A stretch of DNA of 64,000 nucleotides, taken from the NCBI GenBank assembly GCA_046483495.1, contig JAWODC010000018.1, positions 1 through 64,000 of the forward strand, in the 5' to 3' direction. Both the position numbers and the translations under genes were made by a program. Positions 19,720-30,750 of the stretch are shown here, one piece after another; within the stretch, counting starts at the first letter, position 1, and every line of letters begins with the position of its first letter. Under the pieces are notes generated by a model. That model was not told where the DNA came from, made no database searches, and worked only from the letters and a program-made list of their open reading frames with translations. Source of the DNA: Desulfobacterales bacterium. GTDB taxonomy: Bacteria > Desulfobacterota > Desulfobacteria > Desulfobacterales > UBA5616.

Positions 19720-21153
19720 TCAATAAGCTCCCCTGGGCCGAACCACCCGCCAGATGGTCAATAAAATAATTTTTAAATCCATCCATAAAGAACAATTAAG
19801 AACATACGAGCGGTCCAGCTCCACACGCTCGGTATAGTCTTGGGTATCATTTCGTTTTCCGGTCTGCCAGGGGCCGGTAATGCCGGGCTTCATGGCGCAG
19901 TAGGTGACTGCGATTTCCTTGTAATATTTGTTCAGTTCTTCTAAAACGATGGGCCGTGCGCCGACAACGCTCATTTCCCCCGCTAGAACATTTAGAAATT
20001 GCGGCAATTCATCCATACTGGTTTTTCGAAGAATTTTTCCGACGATGGTCACCCGGGGATCGTTTTTCAGCTTGAATGTTTCCTCCCATTCTTTTCGAAG
20101 GGAATCATTTTCCATCAGCAGTACATTCAGCCGTTTATCGGCATCTACATGCATCGTTCTGAATTTCAGGCAGCCGAATGTTTTGCCGTTCTCCATAATA
20201 CGGGTGTGTTTGAAAAAAATTGGTCCGCCGTCTTCAAGTTTTATAAAAATGGTGATCGCCAGCCAGAGCGGAAAGGTGGCTGCGATTACCAGAGAAGAAA
20301 AAATAATATCGAAAAAACGTTTCCATGCAGGGAAAAGATTTAAGTCAAGGAGGGGAATATCACAGAATTGATGTATTTTAGCTTTTTGAATGCCTATTGT
20401 GAAGAGATCGGGCGTGAGGTATACCTCGACTCCCCTGATCCCGAGACGCCAAATAAGGCGGTTGATCTTTTTTTCGGCCCGCATGGGAAGGGCGATAAAC
20501 ACCATATCCACGTCGTTTACCAGGGTAAAATCAGCGCACTCGGACACGGAGCCCTTCACTTCCAGCGACACGTCTCCGGGTATGCGTATCCGGTGATGTT
20601 TCGGCAGGCTGTCATCGAAAAAGCCGACCGGATAAATACCCATCCAGCGGTTCTCGAACAAGTGTTTTGCGATAAGAAATCCGGATTTGCCGGTTCCTAC
20701 GATGACGGCTTTTCTCTGATTAAATCCTTTTTTTCTAAAGTACATGAGAAGCGGCCGTGAAATGACTCTGAAGGAGATAAGTCCCAGAACAATCGATAAG
20801 CTCCATATCTGAAAAACGGTTGTCTTAAGGAGAGTGAACGGCCATAAGGCTTCGAATTGATCGGGTGTGCAGAGCACCAGCACCAGGGAATTGAAAAAGA
20901 TGATCACCAAGAACCATGATAATAACAGGTGCTGTATCTGAAATACGATTTTTGTGCCGCGCCATGACCTGTATACTTTGGCAAAATGAAATACCAGGGC
21001 CAATAATATACTGCCGTAAATCCCCAGCATCCGGAACAGTTCGGTCGGTTGATAAATAAAATGCAAAAGCCATGTAATGAAAAGCAGTATGAGCACATCC
21101 AGGCCCCGTTGCAGAGCATTAAACAGCAAGGCATATCTCTTTACGATGTTCAT
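19720..21153 (-). CDS. Undecaprenyl-phosphate sugar phosphotransferase (WbaP/WcaJ family)
   Basis: KRFFDI, KFRTM, DPRVT, RKTSMDELPQFLNVL.GEMSVVG, KPGITG. Confidence 0.92.
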   Translation of the reverse strand: MNIVKRYALLFNALQRGLDVLILLFITWLLHFIYQPTELFRMLGIYGSILLALVFHFAKVYRSWRGTKIVFQIQHLLLSWFLVIIFFNSLVLVLCTPDQFEALWPFTLLKTTVFQIWSLSIVLGLISFRVISRPLLMYFRKKGFNQRKAVIVGTGKSGFLIAKHLFENRWMGIYPVGFFDDSLPKHHRIRIPGDVSLEVKGSVSECADFTLVNDVDMVFIALPMRAEKKINRLIWRLGIRGVEVYLTPDLFTIGIQKAKIHQFCDIPLLDLNLFPAWKRFFDIIFSSLVIAATFPLWLAITIFIKLEDGGPIFFKHTRIMENGKTFGCLKFRTMHVDADKRLNVLLMENDSLRKEWEETFKLKNDPRVTIVGKILRKTSMDELPQFLNVLAGEMSVVGARPIVLEELNKYYKEIAVTYCAMKPGITGPWQTGKRNDTQDYTERVELDRSYVLNCSLWMDLKIILLTIWRVVRPRGAY

Positions 21154-21292
21154 ATTAAATTAAGGTCTATTTCGGCCTTGCAATCGCGCCGACAAAAAGA
21201 TTGATTGGTTTTGAATCACGACAAAAACACAGATGCTGCGAAAGTGGGGGGCGGATCGCAGGGATTACGGCCTGATTTCAACAGCCTGTTCT

Positions 21293-24037
21293 TTAATACG
21301 CTGCAATAATAACACCGGCGGTAACCGCGATCTGATACATGATTTCCGTAATGGACTTCGTCGGCGCCAACCACGGGTATTTTACCATTTTTTTAGGCAC
21401 GATGATTGTGTCGCCCGGATCGAGCTTCTGATGTTCAAATCCCCGTGAGATCGTCCAGCGATGGTTTTTGGTATCCCAGTTCACCAAGCCGAGAAAACCA
21501 TCCTGCTGACGACTGATAACGTCTCCATTGGCTTTGACCAGATAAATCTGCTTTTCCTGCGCATCATCCGTAATACCTCCGACCCGATTGAGGTAATGAC
21601 GGATGGTTTTTTCTTTCTCATAAAGAAGCGCGGTGGGGTTGTATACTTCCCCCATAATGATGATATGGTCCGGCTTCCGATTGACAATCAGCCGGTCACC
21701 CGGCTTCAGTTCAAAATCATTTTGCATGTCTGCATTGGATAAAATTTTACTCAGGTCTATGACCATTCGCCCGGTAGAAGCGGTTCCTTTTAATTTTTCA
21801 AGAAGCTGCTTTTTGGTCTCCAATTCCTGAGACATAATCGCTGCCTGATCTTTGTCCATGGCCATTTCAGCCATTTTTATGCCGACCGTATATATTTCCT
21901 CCTCAAGCGTATCCATGTAAGTCCGAAACTGCTCGGCTTGAATTTGCCTCACGGTTTCTCTTTCGAAAATTGCGCCGTAAGGATATCCTTCTTCACTGAT
22001 ACCGCCGGCTCTTTCGATGACAGAACTGATTCGTTCACCCTCGGAAAACGAATACTCACCCGGGAACACAAATTCGCCTTCCAGATGGATTGTATTACTC
22101 AGGGAAGCTCCCATTCGAGGGATCTGGCGGATATAAACGGTATCGAATGGCTCAAGCTCGATGTTGTGGGATTCTATTTCAGCAAGGGCCTTTTTGGGTG
22201 AAAACGGCAGACTGATGCTTTGGGTGCCGTTTTCACCCATAATGATCCTGGTGAGGGAACCGTCTGAGAGGTATGCCTTGTCGGTTAAATTGCCGGCATG
22301 GAAGATCAGGTCTTTGACATCCATACCATCATAATAGAAATAAGTACCTGGAGCGTTTACCGCTCCTTTGATTCGGATCTCAGGCCTGTTTTTCTTTTCC
22401 CATTTATGATAGACGATAACGCGATCCATTTCTTTCAATTCAAGGTTTTCCTCCGGATCGCCTTCCAGCATTTCGCCGGGATTGAATTTCACGATTTCGA
22501 TATGGTCATCCGGCGGGACCCTTCGCATGATTTCCCCTTGCTGCAAGTAGGGCTCCGGAAGCAGCGCATCATAGGAGGGAATCAGATCTTTTAACCTCAT
22601 TCCACGATGATATTCATATCCCCTGGGATATTTGACATGGCCCTCCAGGAAAACGACATTTCGTATTTCCTCGTGTACGGGATGGATTTTTACCAGGTCG
22701 CCGTCCTTGAGCTGCATATTCAAATCCGCATCATCGAGGAGAAGATCCGGCTTGAGATCGAAGCTCTTGATGATGCGTTTTTTATGGCTTTCAATCCGCT
22801 CGAGAACTATATGATGCAGATTTCCGGTGGGCAGCATGCCTCCTGCAAGTCTGATCAGCCTGTTGATATCCTCGTCAACCTTTAGTTCGTAAATCGCCGG
22901 CCGCCGAACGTTTCCCGCAATGCCGGCTACGGGTCCGATTACCGGAATATAAATCGTATCACCGGGTTTCAGCCGCCGGTCCCGGCTTTTGTCCCCCTCA
23001 AGGAAGAAGCTGTACAGATCCAATGTCTGGATGATTTTCGAATCCCGAATCAGCTGAATATTTCTCATGCTGCCATTTTTGCCGGGACCGCCGGCCTCAA
23101 AAAGTACGGTGACCAGTGTGGACAAGGAGCTTACAGTATAGGTGCCGGGTGATAGGGCTTCTCCCACGACGAAAATCGTCATCGTACGCAGCTCACCCAT
23201 GGTAATGGAAATCTGAAAATCGGTGTAATATTCCCTGAATCGTTGATAAAGCAGGTGCTTCATATCAGCATAGGACAAGCCGTTTACATACATTGTGCCG
23301 ATTCTGGGGAGGGAAATACCGCCTTCCCGACTCACCGCGACATCATAAACATCTTCATGTTTGCCCCAAATTTGGATTCGAAAATGGTCCCCGGGACCGA
23401 TGACATAGTCGTTGCCTACCGGGATATCATTTTCGGGAACGAAGCTGATATTTTCATTTTTAAAATAATCATATCCGAATTGCTTAAGCTGCCTTGAGAT
23501 ATGGCTGGGAAATTCTCCGGAAAGGATATTTTCAATCCGTGATATGGGCTGATTCTCATCCTCTTTCGGCTCTAAAAGATCATCTTTCTCTGATTCTTCA
23601 TCAGGTCCTGATTCGGAATCCATGATAGTTCTATGTTTGAGAAAGGAATCGTCAGACGTTATATAAGAGGCGTCCTGAAGTGGTTGGACCTCAAAATGGG
23701 TGCTGCTTTGGATGCCTTTCATAGCGTTTTTTGGTTCCGTGTTTTCCCTTAGCAGCCTTTCTTTTTCTTCTTCGGGCAAGGAATCGAACAGCTTTATTTT
23801 TTCTGGTGTAGTGAATTTTTCTAAACCCGGAGTTTCGGCGGATGTGAATGAACTTGTTTGCGCAGATGCACTTAAACCCAACACAGCAAGCATAAACGAA
23901 GTCGTTACACCTATTAAAAGAGATCTCGAAAAAAATGCTTTGGAGTTGGTTTGTAGAGGATATTCAAGCGTATGTTTCATGTCGATAAGATTCCAGTTCA
24001 ATAAAGGGAAAATGATGGAGGATAGAAAGGTTTCCAT
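21293..24037 (-). CDS. Polysaccharide export protein with multiple SLBB domains (OPX, KpsD-like)
   Basis: Poly_export motif DYVIGPGD; repeated V.GEV..PG.Y / L.PGD.I SLBB units; start uncertain. Confidence 0.88.
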   Translation of the reverse strand: METFLSSIIFPLLNWNLIDMKHTLEYPLQTNSKAFFSRSLLIGVTTSFMLAVLGLSASAQTSSFTSAETPGLEKFTTPEKIKLFDSLPEEEKERLLRENTEPKNAMKGIQSSTHFEVQPLQDASYITSDDSFLKHRTIMDSESGPDEESEKDDLLEPKEDENQPISRIENILSGEFPSHISRQLKQFGYDYFKNENISFVPENDIPVGNDYVIGPGDHFRIQIWGKHEDVYDVAVSREGGISLPRIGTMYVNGLSYADMKHLLYQRFREYYTDFQISITMGELRTMTIFVVGEALSPGTYTVSSLSTLVTVLFEAGGPGKNGSMRNIQLIRDSKIIQTLDLYSFFLEGDKSRDRRLKPGDTIYIPVIGPVAGIAGNVRRPAIYELKVDEDINRLIRLAGGMLPTGNLHHIVLERIESHKKRIIKSFDLKPDLLLDDADLNMQLKDGDLVKIHPVHEEIRNVVFLEGHVKYPRGYEYHRGMRLKDLIPSYDALLPEPYLQQGEIMRRVPPDDHIEIVKFNPGEMLEGDPEENLELKEMDRVIVYHKWEKKNRPEIRIKGAVNAPGTYFYYDGMDVKDLIFHAGNLTDKAYLSDGSLTRIIMGENGTQSISLPFSPKKALAEIESHNIELEPFDTVYIRQIPRMGASLSNTIHLEGEFVFPGEYSFSEGERISSVIERAGGISEEGYPYGAIFERETVRQIQAEQFRTYMDTLEEEIYTVGIKMAEMAMDKDQAAIMSQELETKKQLLEKLKGTASTGRMVIDLSKILSNADMQNDFELKPGDRLIVNRKPDHIIIMGEVYNPTALLYEKEKTIRHYLNRVGGITDDAQEKQIYLVKANGDVISRQQDGFLGLVNWDTKNHRWTISRGFEHQKLDPGDTIIVPKKMVKYPWLAPTKSITEIMYQIAVTAGVIIAAY

Positions 24038-24123
24038 CCTTGATCTTGGACCTGATTGAGGGCCACCGGTTTCAGGTAGCTTGATAAAAATGAAGTGAAT
24101 GCGGAGGTTGCTCTATCCTTATC

Positions 24124-24627
24124 CTAATCGGAAATATTCGGCGTTTGTTTTATTATCCCACCGATTTGTGCCTGCCATTGTAAGATTATATTCCGGCCCG
24201 CAGCGATTTGCCGGTCGGCAATCAAAATCAGATTTTCGTCTTTTTTTTCTATTCCCAGCATTTTGAGGTTAAAACCATGACATATCTTGTCTGCGCCATG
24301 GACGTAAAGGCTGTGAATGCGGCGTAATCGGTTCGTTCCGGGGCTGACGTCTCTTAACAGTTCCGTAAACCGTTTATAATAGGGGATCACATGCTGCTTT
24401 AAGGTCTTGCCCACCCGTTCATCAGTGGTGTAGTTATCACCGATGACGGAAGCGTAGCTGCTTAGGGCTCTTGTCTCGAGCCGGGATAGATTTTGTAGAT
24501 CCTGATTGACATACTTGACCAATTCATAAGGTATTCTCTGTCCCGTGCACCCCCACAAAAAGCAGCTCATTATTAGTATCGAAACCATACCCAAGCAGGA
24601 TGGATATATCGACATTCGGGGCATCAT
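24124..24627 (-). CDS. Hypothetical lipoprotein
   Basis: Lipobox LWGC after a hydrophobic segment. Confidence 0.6.
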   Translation of the reverse strand: MMPRMSIYPSCLGMVSILIMSCFLWGCTGQRIPYELVKYVNQDLQNLSRLETRALSSYASVIGDNYTTDERVGKTLKQHVIPYYKRFTELLRDVSPGTNRLRRIHSLYVHGADKICHGFNLKMLGIEKKDENLILIADRQIAAGRNIILQWQAQIGGIIKQTPNISD

Positions 24628-24841
24628 ATAATTACAATTATCATTGTTTATCCATAAACGTTAACTCCATATCTGTGTCGGCCGAAAAAACGTTACTCAA
24701 ACTACTTGGTGTCTATCGGGAAATGAAGCGTTTTCCTGTTTCTGGGTGTGAACGATTTAAGTGCGGATTTTTGCCGGCACCTAATTTTGGTGTCTATCCG
24801 CAAAATTATGTGCCGGTTATTCTGACTGTCTTGCAGTTGCC

Positions 24842-25174
24842 CTAATGTCCGGTTGTAGGATGGTGTGAAGATGTATGATGCGATGAAGTATGATGGGATG
24901 ACGTGTGGTGTTGTGGGACAACATCGCTATCATCATCCGTCAAGGCCTCTGCTGCAAAAGCAACGGCACCCAGTGCTCCAATTACGACACCTCCGACCAT
25001 TATCGGTGAAAGGGCCCCAATACCCTCTTCGTCTTCAGTATCCCTTGCAGCTTCTTCAGCAAAAGCAATGCCTGATGCCAGGAAAACCAAAACAAACGCC
25101 GCCGATAAACCGATCATGCACCTTCTTTTCAATCGTATGTACTTGATAAACATCGATTTCTCCTCCTCTTCCAT
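24842..25174 (-). CDS. Small exported/membrane protein with a (HHTSS)n tail, GfcA/YjbE-like architecture
   Basis: Signal peptide (AFA/EE), second hydrophobic helix, tail HHTSSHHTSSHHTSSHHPTTGH; lies downstream of the yjbH-like gene. Confidence 0.6.
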   Translation of the reverse strand: MEEEEKSMFIKYIRLKRRCMIGLSAAFVLVFLASGIAFAEEAARDTEDEEGIGALSPIMVGGVVIGALGAVAFAAEALTDDDSDVVPQHHTSSHHTSSHHTSSHHPTTGH

Positions 25175-25566
25175 AGTCCGGTTTAAATTGGATTATAGCC
25201 GTGCCATATAGAAATGGTTATTCGTTCAATAACCGCGTTGATCAGAAATGTTTTAATGCTCAATTTTTCAGTAATATTTCCCGGTCCCCTCGAAGTAAAT
25301 CAGATGTTCTTGTTTTTGTATCAGCAAACGTTATTCACAATTTCGATTTCAAGGTGATGGGCAAACAAGGGGAAGAAAACTTTTAATCTGCTCAGTTTTT
25401 TTTCGAACATTTACGTAAAAAATGACAAACTGTCAATAAAAAAGTATAAAATTTAATTATAGGTACGTATTAGGTAAATAATAATCAATATCAATACTAT
25501 AATCTAAAACCGCATTTACAATAAACGGGCTCCGATTGCTCATTTCCGGATGGGATGGAACACCCG

Positions 25567-27660
25567 TTATTCAGTAATTCTTTCTATATCCGCTTTAAAA
25601 GTGCGGGGCATCAGGCTTTTTCCCATGCCGAACAAGCTTTGCCAATGAGGAATGGTAACCGCCACATCCCGCGTCCAGGGTGATATGCCATAGGATAATT
25701 TCCGGGTGGTTTCATAGCGCGAGAATATTCTGACAGGTATTGACATGTAAACCCCCTTTTCATGATATCCTTTATTGAAACGGTCCGTAAAAATATCCGT
25801 ATCGGTGAAACTGTACCAAAACCCAATCTCAAGGCCGTTTCCATATGTCCGTCCCACGTCAAAACGCCATCCGACATCTCCGGCAAGGAACTTTCCATAT
25901 TGTGCCTGGATGGTCAGGTCATAATCATCGAGCGTATAGTAGATGTTCCCCAATACCGTATGCCGCTTGAAATCCTTAAGTCCGAACCAGGTTTTCTGCT
26001 CGCGTTTTTTTACCCAATCGCCCTGGAGGCCGACGGCCAGGTTTCCATCTCCAATAAATGCTAACACTTCAGCATTGGCACCGGCATACATTCTTTCTTG
26101 GTATCCCAGGCTGAATCGGCCGAATATTCGATCGCTTATTTTAAAAGCCTGATCGAACAAAAGCTTTTCAAAATAATAGGTTTTTTCGTTCACATAGGTC
26201 CAGTAGTCGCTCCTGACAGCACCGGGAATAGGTTTATTGGAGGAGGTGATACTGGTATAAAGAGGGATGTCGAATCTTGCATAAAATGATCCGCCGGGCC
26301 ACAGGGATGCACTGCCGAATGGTTGTATACCGGTACGTAATTTAAAAAATCCGGACGGATCGTTGAGGAAGGGATCGAAATCCGGTTTGATGCCGTATCC
26401 ATAATTCAGTTTCCATTTCTTCTCAGCAGTCGTTATCCGGTTTTTTTTGTTCTTTGTTTTGGAATACAGTTCTGCTCGAACCATGCTTAAAAACCGGCGT
26501 TTCGTAATTTTTCCGAAAAGAAATCGCCTGATATTTTCCCGGGAGACGGTGATACTTAAGATCGGGATTCTTCGTGATGTCAGGACGGCCTTGAGGGTAT
26601 GAATTTCTTCGGTTGAATTGAAATAAAGAATTCGAAATATCCGTCCAACCGCCTTCTGGTTGTGCAGGTACTTGGCATTTTCAAATTCCGCCGCCAGGGT
26701 ATTACCGTCCCGATATACGAGAACGTTCACCATCCCGGCTTTTTGTATCTTTTCTTTTACCAAATGGAGGTATTCAAGGGGAGAAAAAGAAGCATTCGCC
26801 GGATCCTGTGAGGAGCCCCAGTAACAGGGATCCGGTTTTTTCGGCATCCGTTCCTTTCCGATGTCCAATTGAATATGGCCCATCAAGCCGATTTTTTCGC
26901 CGCGTTGGAAGGAGATTCCCAAATCGAAACCGGGCCTAAGCTCATACCGGACTCCGAAATTGAAGGGCGATTTCGCACCCTTGGGTACGGCTCTTGGGGC
27001 ATCCTTTTCATATTGGATGGGATTGTATTCCGCCATCAAACGAAGTCGATAATGAATTGCCCATTCAAAGCCGCCGAATATTCCGGCGTCCTCATAAACA
27101 GTCAGGCCAACATCACTTTTTAGACGCTTTCGCCCCAGCCCAAAAGTAAAATCGAACGGAAAAATTTGCCGGCTCAGCACCAGATATTCCGATTGGAAGA
27201 GTTGGGTTCCGTGAAAATCAAACACACCTACGGCAAGGGCGGGGAACCATTTGGATTCCGGCAGTATCTGGTATTTGGCAAATAATGCTTTGTCTTTATA
27301 GTTGCCGTAAGCATCGGAAAGTGCCTTAATGTTGGTAAGCTCCGTCAATACGAAGCCGATTTCGAGGCCGGGGAAAACTCCCATGGCTCCGCCAAACCAC
27401 CGGTAAGGTCTTGCTTCAGCATACCCTGCCTGTAGGATACCGTCTTCAAGAACACGGGCATTGGGGATTTCCATTAAACCTGTTCCACCCCAATTGGCGG
27501 AATGAATGAACGGATGGTCACCTGAAGATGCCAATTGGGGTGTAACCAGTAAAAAATAGAAAAAAACGATGAAACCGACAGATCGTTTAAGGGGCGGGAT
27601 CGCTCTGCTCTCAGGGTTCTCTGTGGTGATCTCCGTCTTTATACGCCCGAAGGTTTTCAT
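25567..27660 (-). CDS. yjbH: YjbH/GfcD-family outer-membrane exopolysaccharide protein
   Basis: GGTGLMEIPNAR, YKDKA..KYQILPES...PALAVG..D, GKFLAGDVG, WTRDV. Confidence 0.85.
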   Translation of the reverse strand: MKTFGRIKTEITTENPESRAIPPLKRSVGFIVFFYFLLVTPQLASSGDHPFIHSANWGGTGLMEIPNARVLEDGILQAGYAEARPYRWFGGAMGVFPGLEIGFVLTELTNIKALSDAYGNYKDKALFAKYQILPESKWFPALAVGVFDFHGTQLFQSEYLVLSRQIFPFDFTFGLGRKRLKSDVGLTVYEDAGIFGGFEWAIHYRLRLMAEYNPIQYEKDAPRAVPKGAKSPFNFGVRYELRPGFDLGISFQRGEKIGLMGHIQLDIGKERMPKKPDPCYWGSSQDPANASFSPLEYLHLVKEKIQKAGMVNVLVYRDGNTLAAEFENAKYLHNQKAVGRIFRILYFNSTEEIHTLKAVLTSRRIPILSITVSRENIRRFLFGKITKRRFLSMVRAELYSKTKNKKNRITTAEKKWKLNYGYGIKPDFDPFLNDPSGFFKLRTGIQPFGSASLWPGGSFYARFDIPLYTSITSSNKPIPGAVRSDYWTYVNEKTYYFEKLLFDQAFKISDRIFGRFSLGYQERMYAGANAEVLAFIGDGNLAVGLQGDWVKKREQKTWFGLKDFKRHTVLGNIYYTLDDYDLTIQAQYGKFLAGDVGWRFDVGRTYGNGLEIGFWYSFTDTDIFTDRFNKGYHEKGVYMSIPVRIFSRYETTRKLSYGISPWTRDVAVTIPHWQSLFGMGKSLMPRTFKADIERITE

Positions 27661-28928
27661 CTTCTTCGGAACGTAAAATGCTCTTTGATTTTTCCATAAC
27701 GTTCCGGATCCTCGGTCTTTATTTTTGTGGTGAAAGCTAGGGCGAATGCAATAAACACGGCAACGAAGAAGGATGTGAACGTAGATAACAATACGATAAG
27801 GGTTCGTTTAGGACTGAATTTTTTTTCAGGGGGCAGGGCCTTGTCCAGAACCTGGACCGTATTTACATCCCTTGCCTCTTCGATTTTGGCCAGCTCATAC
27901 TGTGTGGTGAGAAGTTCAAAAAGAGTCTGCTGAATTTTAAGGTCCCGCATCAATTCGGTCATCTTCAGACCCAGTTCGGGCAATTCGTCTATGGGAATAA
28001 AAAGCTCCAAATCGGTTGCAACCGTCTTGCTTACCTCCATTTTCGCGTTTTCTTCTTTTTGCCCGGACTGAATTTTTGCCAGTTGCCGCTGAAGTTCGTT
28101 TATTTTGGATTTCAACATAACCGCTTCGTTTTGCCTTTCCGTACCGAATTGTCTCAATACTTCCAGCTCCGTTTGAGCGGCAATGATTCCTGCCTTGATT
28201 TCCGCCGCCCCTTCGAGAGCGATTTTGGCTTGTTCTTCGATGGAGATCAGCTTGTATTTTTCCTGAAAGCGCTTTAAGTCGGTTTCCGTTTCAGCAAGAT
28301 CCCGGCTGACTTCTTTCAACCGATCCTCAAGGAATATTCTCTTTTGATGCCCCTCGCTGATGTTGACTTTCCGATTGATTCGGTCAAGGAGTTCAACGTA
28401 GGCATTCGCCAAATCAGCCGCTGTTTCGGGGTCTTCATCTTCCACGGCCACACTGACGATTTGGTCCGTGCTCGAGATGGAAATATCCACATATTTATTT
28501 AGAAGCTTGTAGATATCTTCCCTGTATTCTACGCCATACGATTGTTTGAGATTGAATCGTTCAATCAGGTTATCCGCCACTGATCGGCTTTGAAGAATCC
28601 CCACATATAAATCTGCGGGAGTACCGGCTCCCATAAGGCTTCCGGCCAGTCCGACAAGCGGCCCTGCCGACTGGGTGAGGAGACCTGGTATCGAGGTGTT
28701 TGAATCCGAAGGTGGCAGTATGCGTGTGGTGGCTTTGTATTTTATAGGCAGCAGAAAACTGATGATCAGTGATATTAAAAAAACGCCACCTGTCACATAA
28801 GCAATCAATTTTTTATGATCCAAAAGAACCATCAGCAAATCCAGAAGATTGATTTCATCTTCCTGTCCCATGTATGGATCTCGATGCTCAGAAGAGGATT
28901 GAGATGTTTTTTCTTGTATGGATTCCAT
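27657..28928 (-). CDS. Wzz/GNVR-domain polysaccharide co-polymerase
   Basis: EDEINLLDLL, two TM segments, coiled coil, VQVLDKALPPEKKFSPKR. Confidence 0.88.
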   Translation of the reverse strand: MESIQEKTSQSSSEHRDPYMGQEDEINLLDLLMVLLDHKKLIAYVTGGVFLISLIISFLLPIKYKATTRILPPSDSNTSIPGLLTQSAGPLVGLAGSLMGAGTPADLYVGILQSRSVADNLIERFNLKQSYGVEYREDIYKLLNKYVDISISSTDQIVSVAVEDEDPETAADLANAYVELLDRINRKVNISEGHQKRIFLEDRLKEVSRDLAETETDLKRFQEKYKLISIEEQAKIALEGAAEIKAGIIAAQTELEVLRQFGTERQNEAVMLKSKINELQRQLAKIQSGQKEENAKMEVSKTVATDLELFIPIDELPELGLKMTELMRDLKIQQTLFELLTTQYELAKIEEARDVNTVQVLDKALPPEKKFSPKRTLIVLLSTFTSFFVAVFIAFALAFTTKIKTEDPERYGKIKEHFTFRRR

Positions 28929-29313
28929 TAAAATATATAGCTCTGCTCCTTGAATTACATGTAAGTAAAGCCATTAACTGACTTAATTTATTATATTTTG
29001 AACAAGAAAGACGAGGTGTTGTATTTATTCGGTGAACAAAACCAACCTGCATTAGATGTCCACAAAAGTGCGTGCTACAGCCGCTTCTTCCCTGGGAGTC
29101 GGCCAAAATAAAGTCGTCGCCATCGGGAAAATGCCCCGTGCCGACGGCTTGCAAAGCTCGGCTGAGGGAAATATCATTCACAAGCCCATCATGTCAAGCC
29201 AATTATTCATTTTTAAACAGCTAATAAATTAATAATAAAGTTTATAATAGGTAATTTAAAGGTATTTTAATGCATTTTAAATGGTAAAAAATCATTTTAA
29301 ATGAAATACACTA

Positions 29314-29434
29314 GGGACGTTCGTGCAGAATGTGATTTAAAATGAAAGTCGTAAATGAAAGTAAAAAAATATGCCGGGATTATTCAGATTAGATGTTGCC
29401 TTTGGATTTATGAACGTTCTGCACGAACGTCCCC
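29314..29434 (+). mobile_element. RAYT-derived element copy B (~120 bp)
   Basis: Both 17-bp ends present. Colinear with the RAYT leader and first ~9 codons (ATGCCGGGATTATTCAGATTAGATG vs ATGCCAAGGTTATCCAGATTAGATG), joined directly to the RAYT 3' end. Confidence 0.9.
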
Positions 29435-29656
29435 AATAAAATTCTTGATCTGTTGAGCAAAGATCTGTAAATAATGGTAAAAGGCTTATCTTCGGCCATG
29501 ATTAAACCATGGCACTACCAAAGGAACGATTCTCGTAGCGTTTAAAAAGTTGTCCGTACCTTTCATTCTACATCTGTAATTACTTCGAGAATTCTGTCTT
29601 TATTAAACTTTACGTATGTTCTTCAGTAATTTTCATTGATCGAAGAGGATCCAAAC

Positions 29657-30697
29657 ATGAAAACCAAACCTCAATCTCCCAACTTTGCAGCAACCATGAT
29701 GGGTGCCGTTCCATATCGGGATAAGGAAAGGGCCCTGGATGCCATCCTGAAAAATTTTCCTGAAGCCCCTTGCCTGCCGATAATGACCCGCGGGATCAGG
29801 TGGGTGCTGGAAGGAATGCCGTGCATGGTTATCAATCGGGAAAAACGTGAAATTCTGTTAGACGCTTCTCCTGGAAAAGAAAATGAAATACTTGAATTTT
29901 ACGATCGTTTCGAATCCGGTGATCTCGATTATTTTGCTACAACTCCCGAAACCGCCCCCTTTTTCTACGCCATGATCGAGCGCCTTAAAACCCATCGGCC
30001 TTCCGAATTGAAGTGGGTGGTTTTACACACGGTCGGGCCCCTGCTTTTGGGTGACATGTTGAAGCAGCCGGATGGCACGCCGTCGATCCACCACGAAACC
30101 CTTCGGGACATATTGATAAAATGCATGAATATGAAGACACGGTGGCTTGAAAAGAAATTGAAGGAGGAAATTCCTGAAATCGAAGTGGTTGCTGATCTGC
30201 CGGAAACAACCCTGGTCAATTTTACCTCAGCGGGGGGAACAGGAAACCGGCAGGAGATTATCGAGGCTGTCGACGAAGGCTTTTCGAAATTGACATGCCT
30301 TACGTGGATTCATTGCTGCGCCAACATCGACTGGTCGCTTTTGACCGATACGAAGACGGATATAATCAATTTCGACGCCTATCAACATTCCGATAAGGTC
30401 GTCCTTTATGCAAAAGATTTCAAAAATTTCATCGACAGGGGCGGAATGATCGGCTGGGGAATTGTACCGGTGGTGCCGGAATTATTGGAAAAAGAAACCG
30501 TCCAGAGTCTGGTTGAACGCCTTGAACAGGCGATAAACAGCTTCGCTCAAAAAGGTATCGACGAAAAAAAACTGGCTTCCGCTTCATGGATTCTGCCATG
30601 CTGTGATGCTGTGATGTTAACGGCTGATCAAACCGATGTCGTTTTTCAGATGACGAAGCAGATATCTGAAGCTTTGCGCAAAACGTACGGATTTTAA
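29657..30697 (+). CDS. Cobalamin-independent methionine synthase (MetE C-terminal/UROD)-like protein
   Basis: GPLLLG, IHCCANIDW, INFDAY, GWGIVP, ILPCC. Confidence 0.65.
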   Translation: MKTKPQSPNFAATMMGAVPYRDKERALDAILKNFPEAPCLPIMTRGIRWVLEGMPCMVINREKREILLDASPGKENEILEFYDRFESGDLDYFATTPETAPFFYAMIERLKTHRPSELKWVVLHTVGPLLLGDMLKQPDGTPSIHHETLRDILIKCMNMKTRWLEKKLKEEIPEIEVVADLPETTLVNFTSAGGTGNRQEIIEAVDEGFSKLTCLTWIHCCANIDWSLLTDTKTDIINFDAYQHSDKVVLYAKDFKNFIDRGGMIGWGIVPVVPELLEKETVQSLVERLEQAINSFAQKGIDEKKLASASWILPCCDAVMLTADQTDVVFQMTKQISEALRKTYGF

Positions 30698-30750
30698 GAA
30701 TCCCTCGGTACCCTGAGCCAAAAAGATCCGCACCCCACTATACCTCACTA

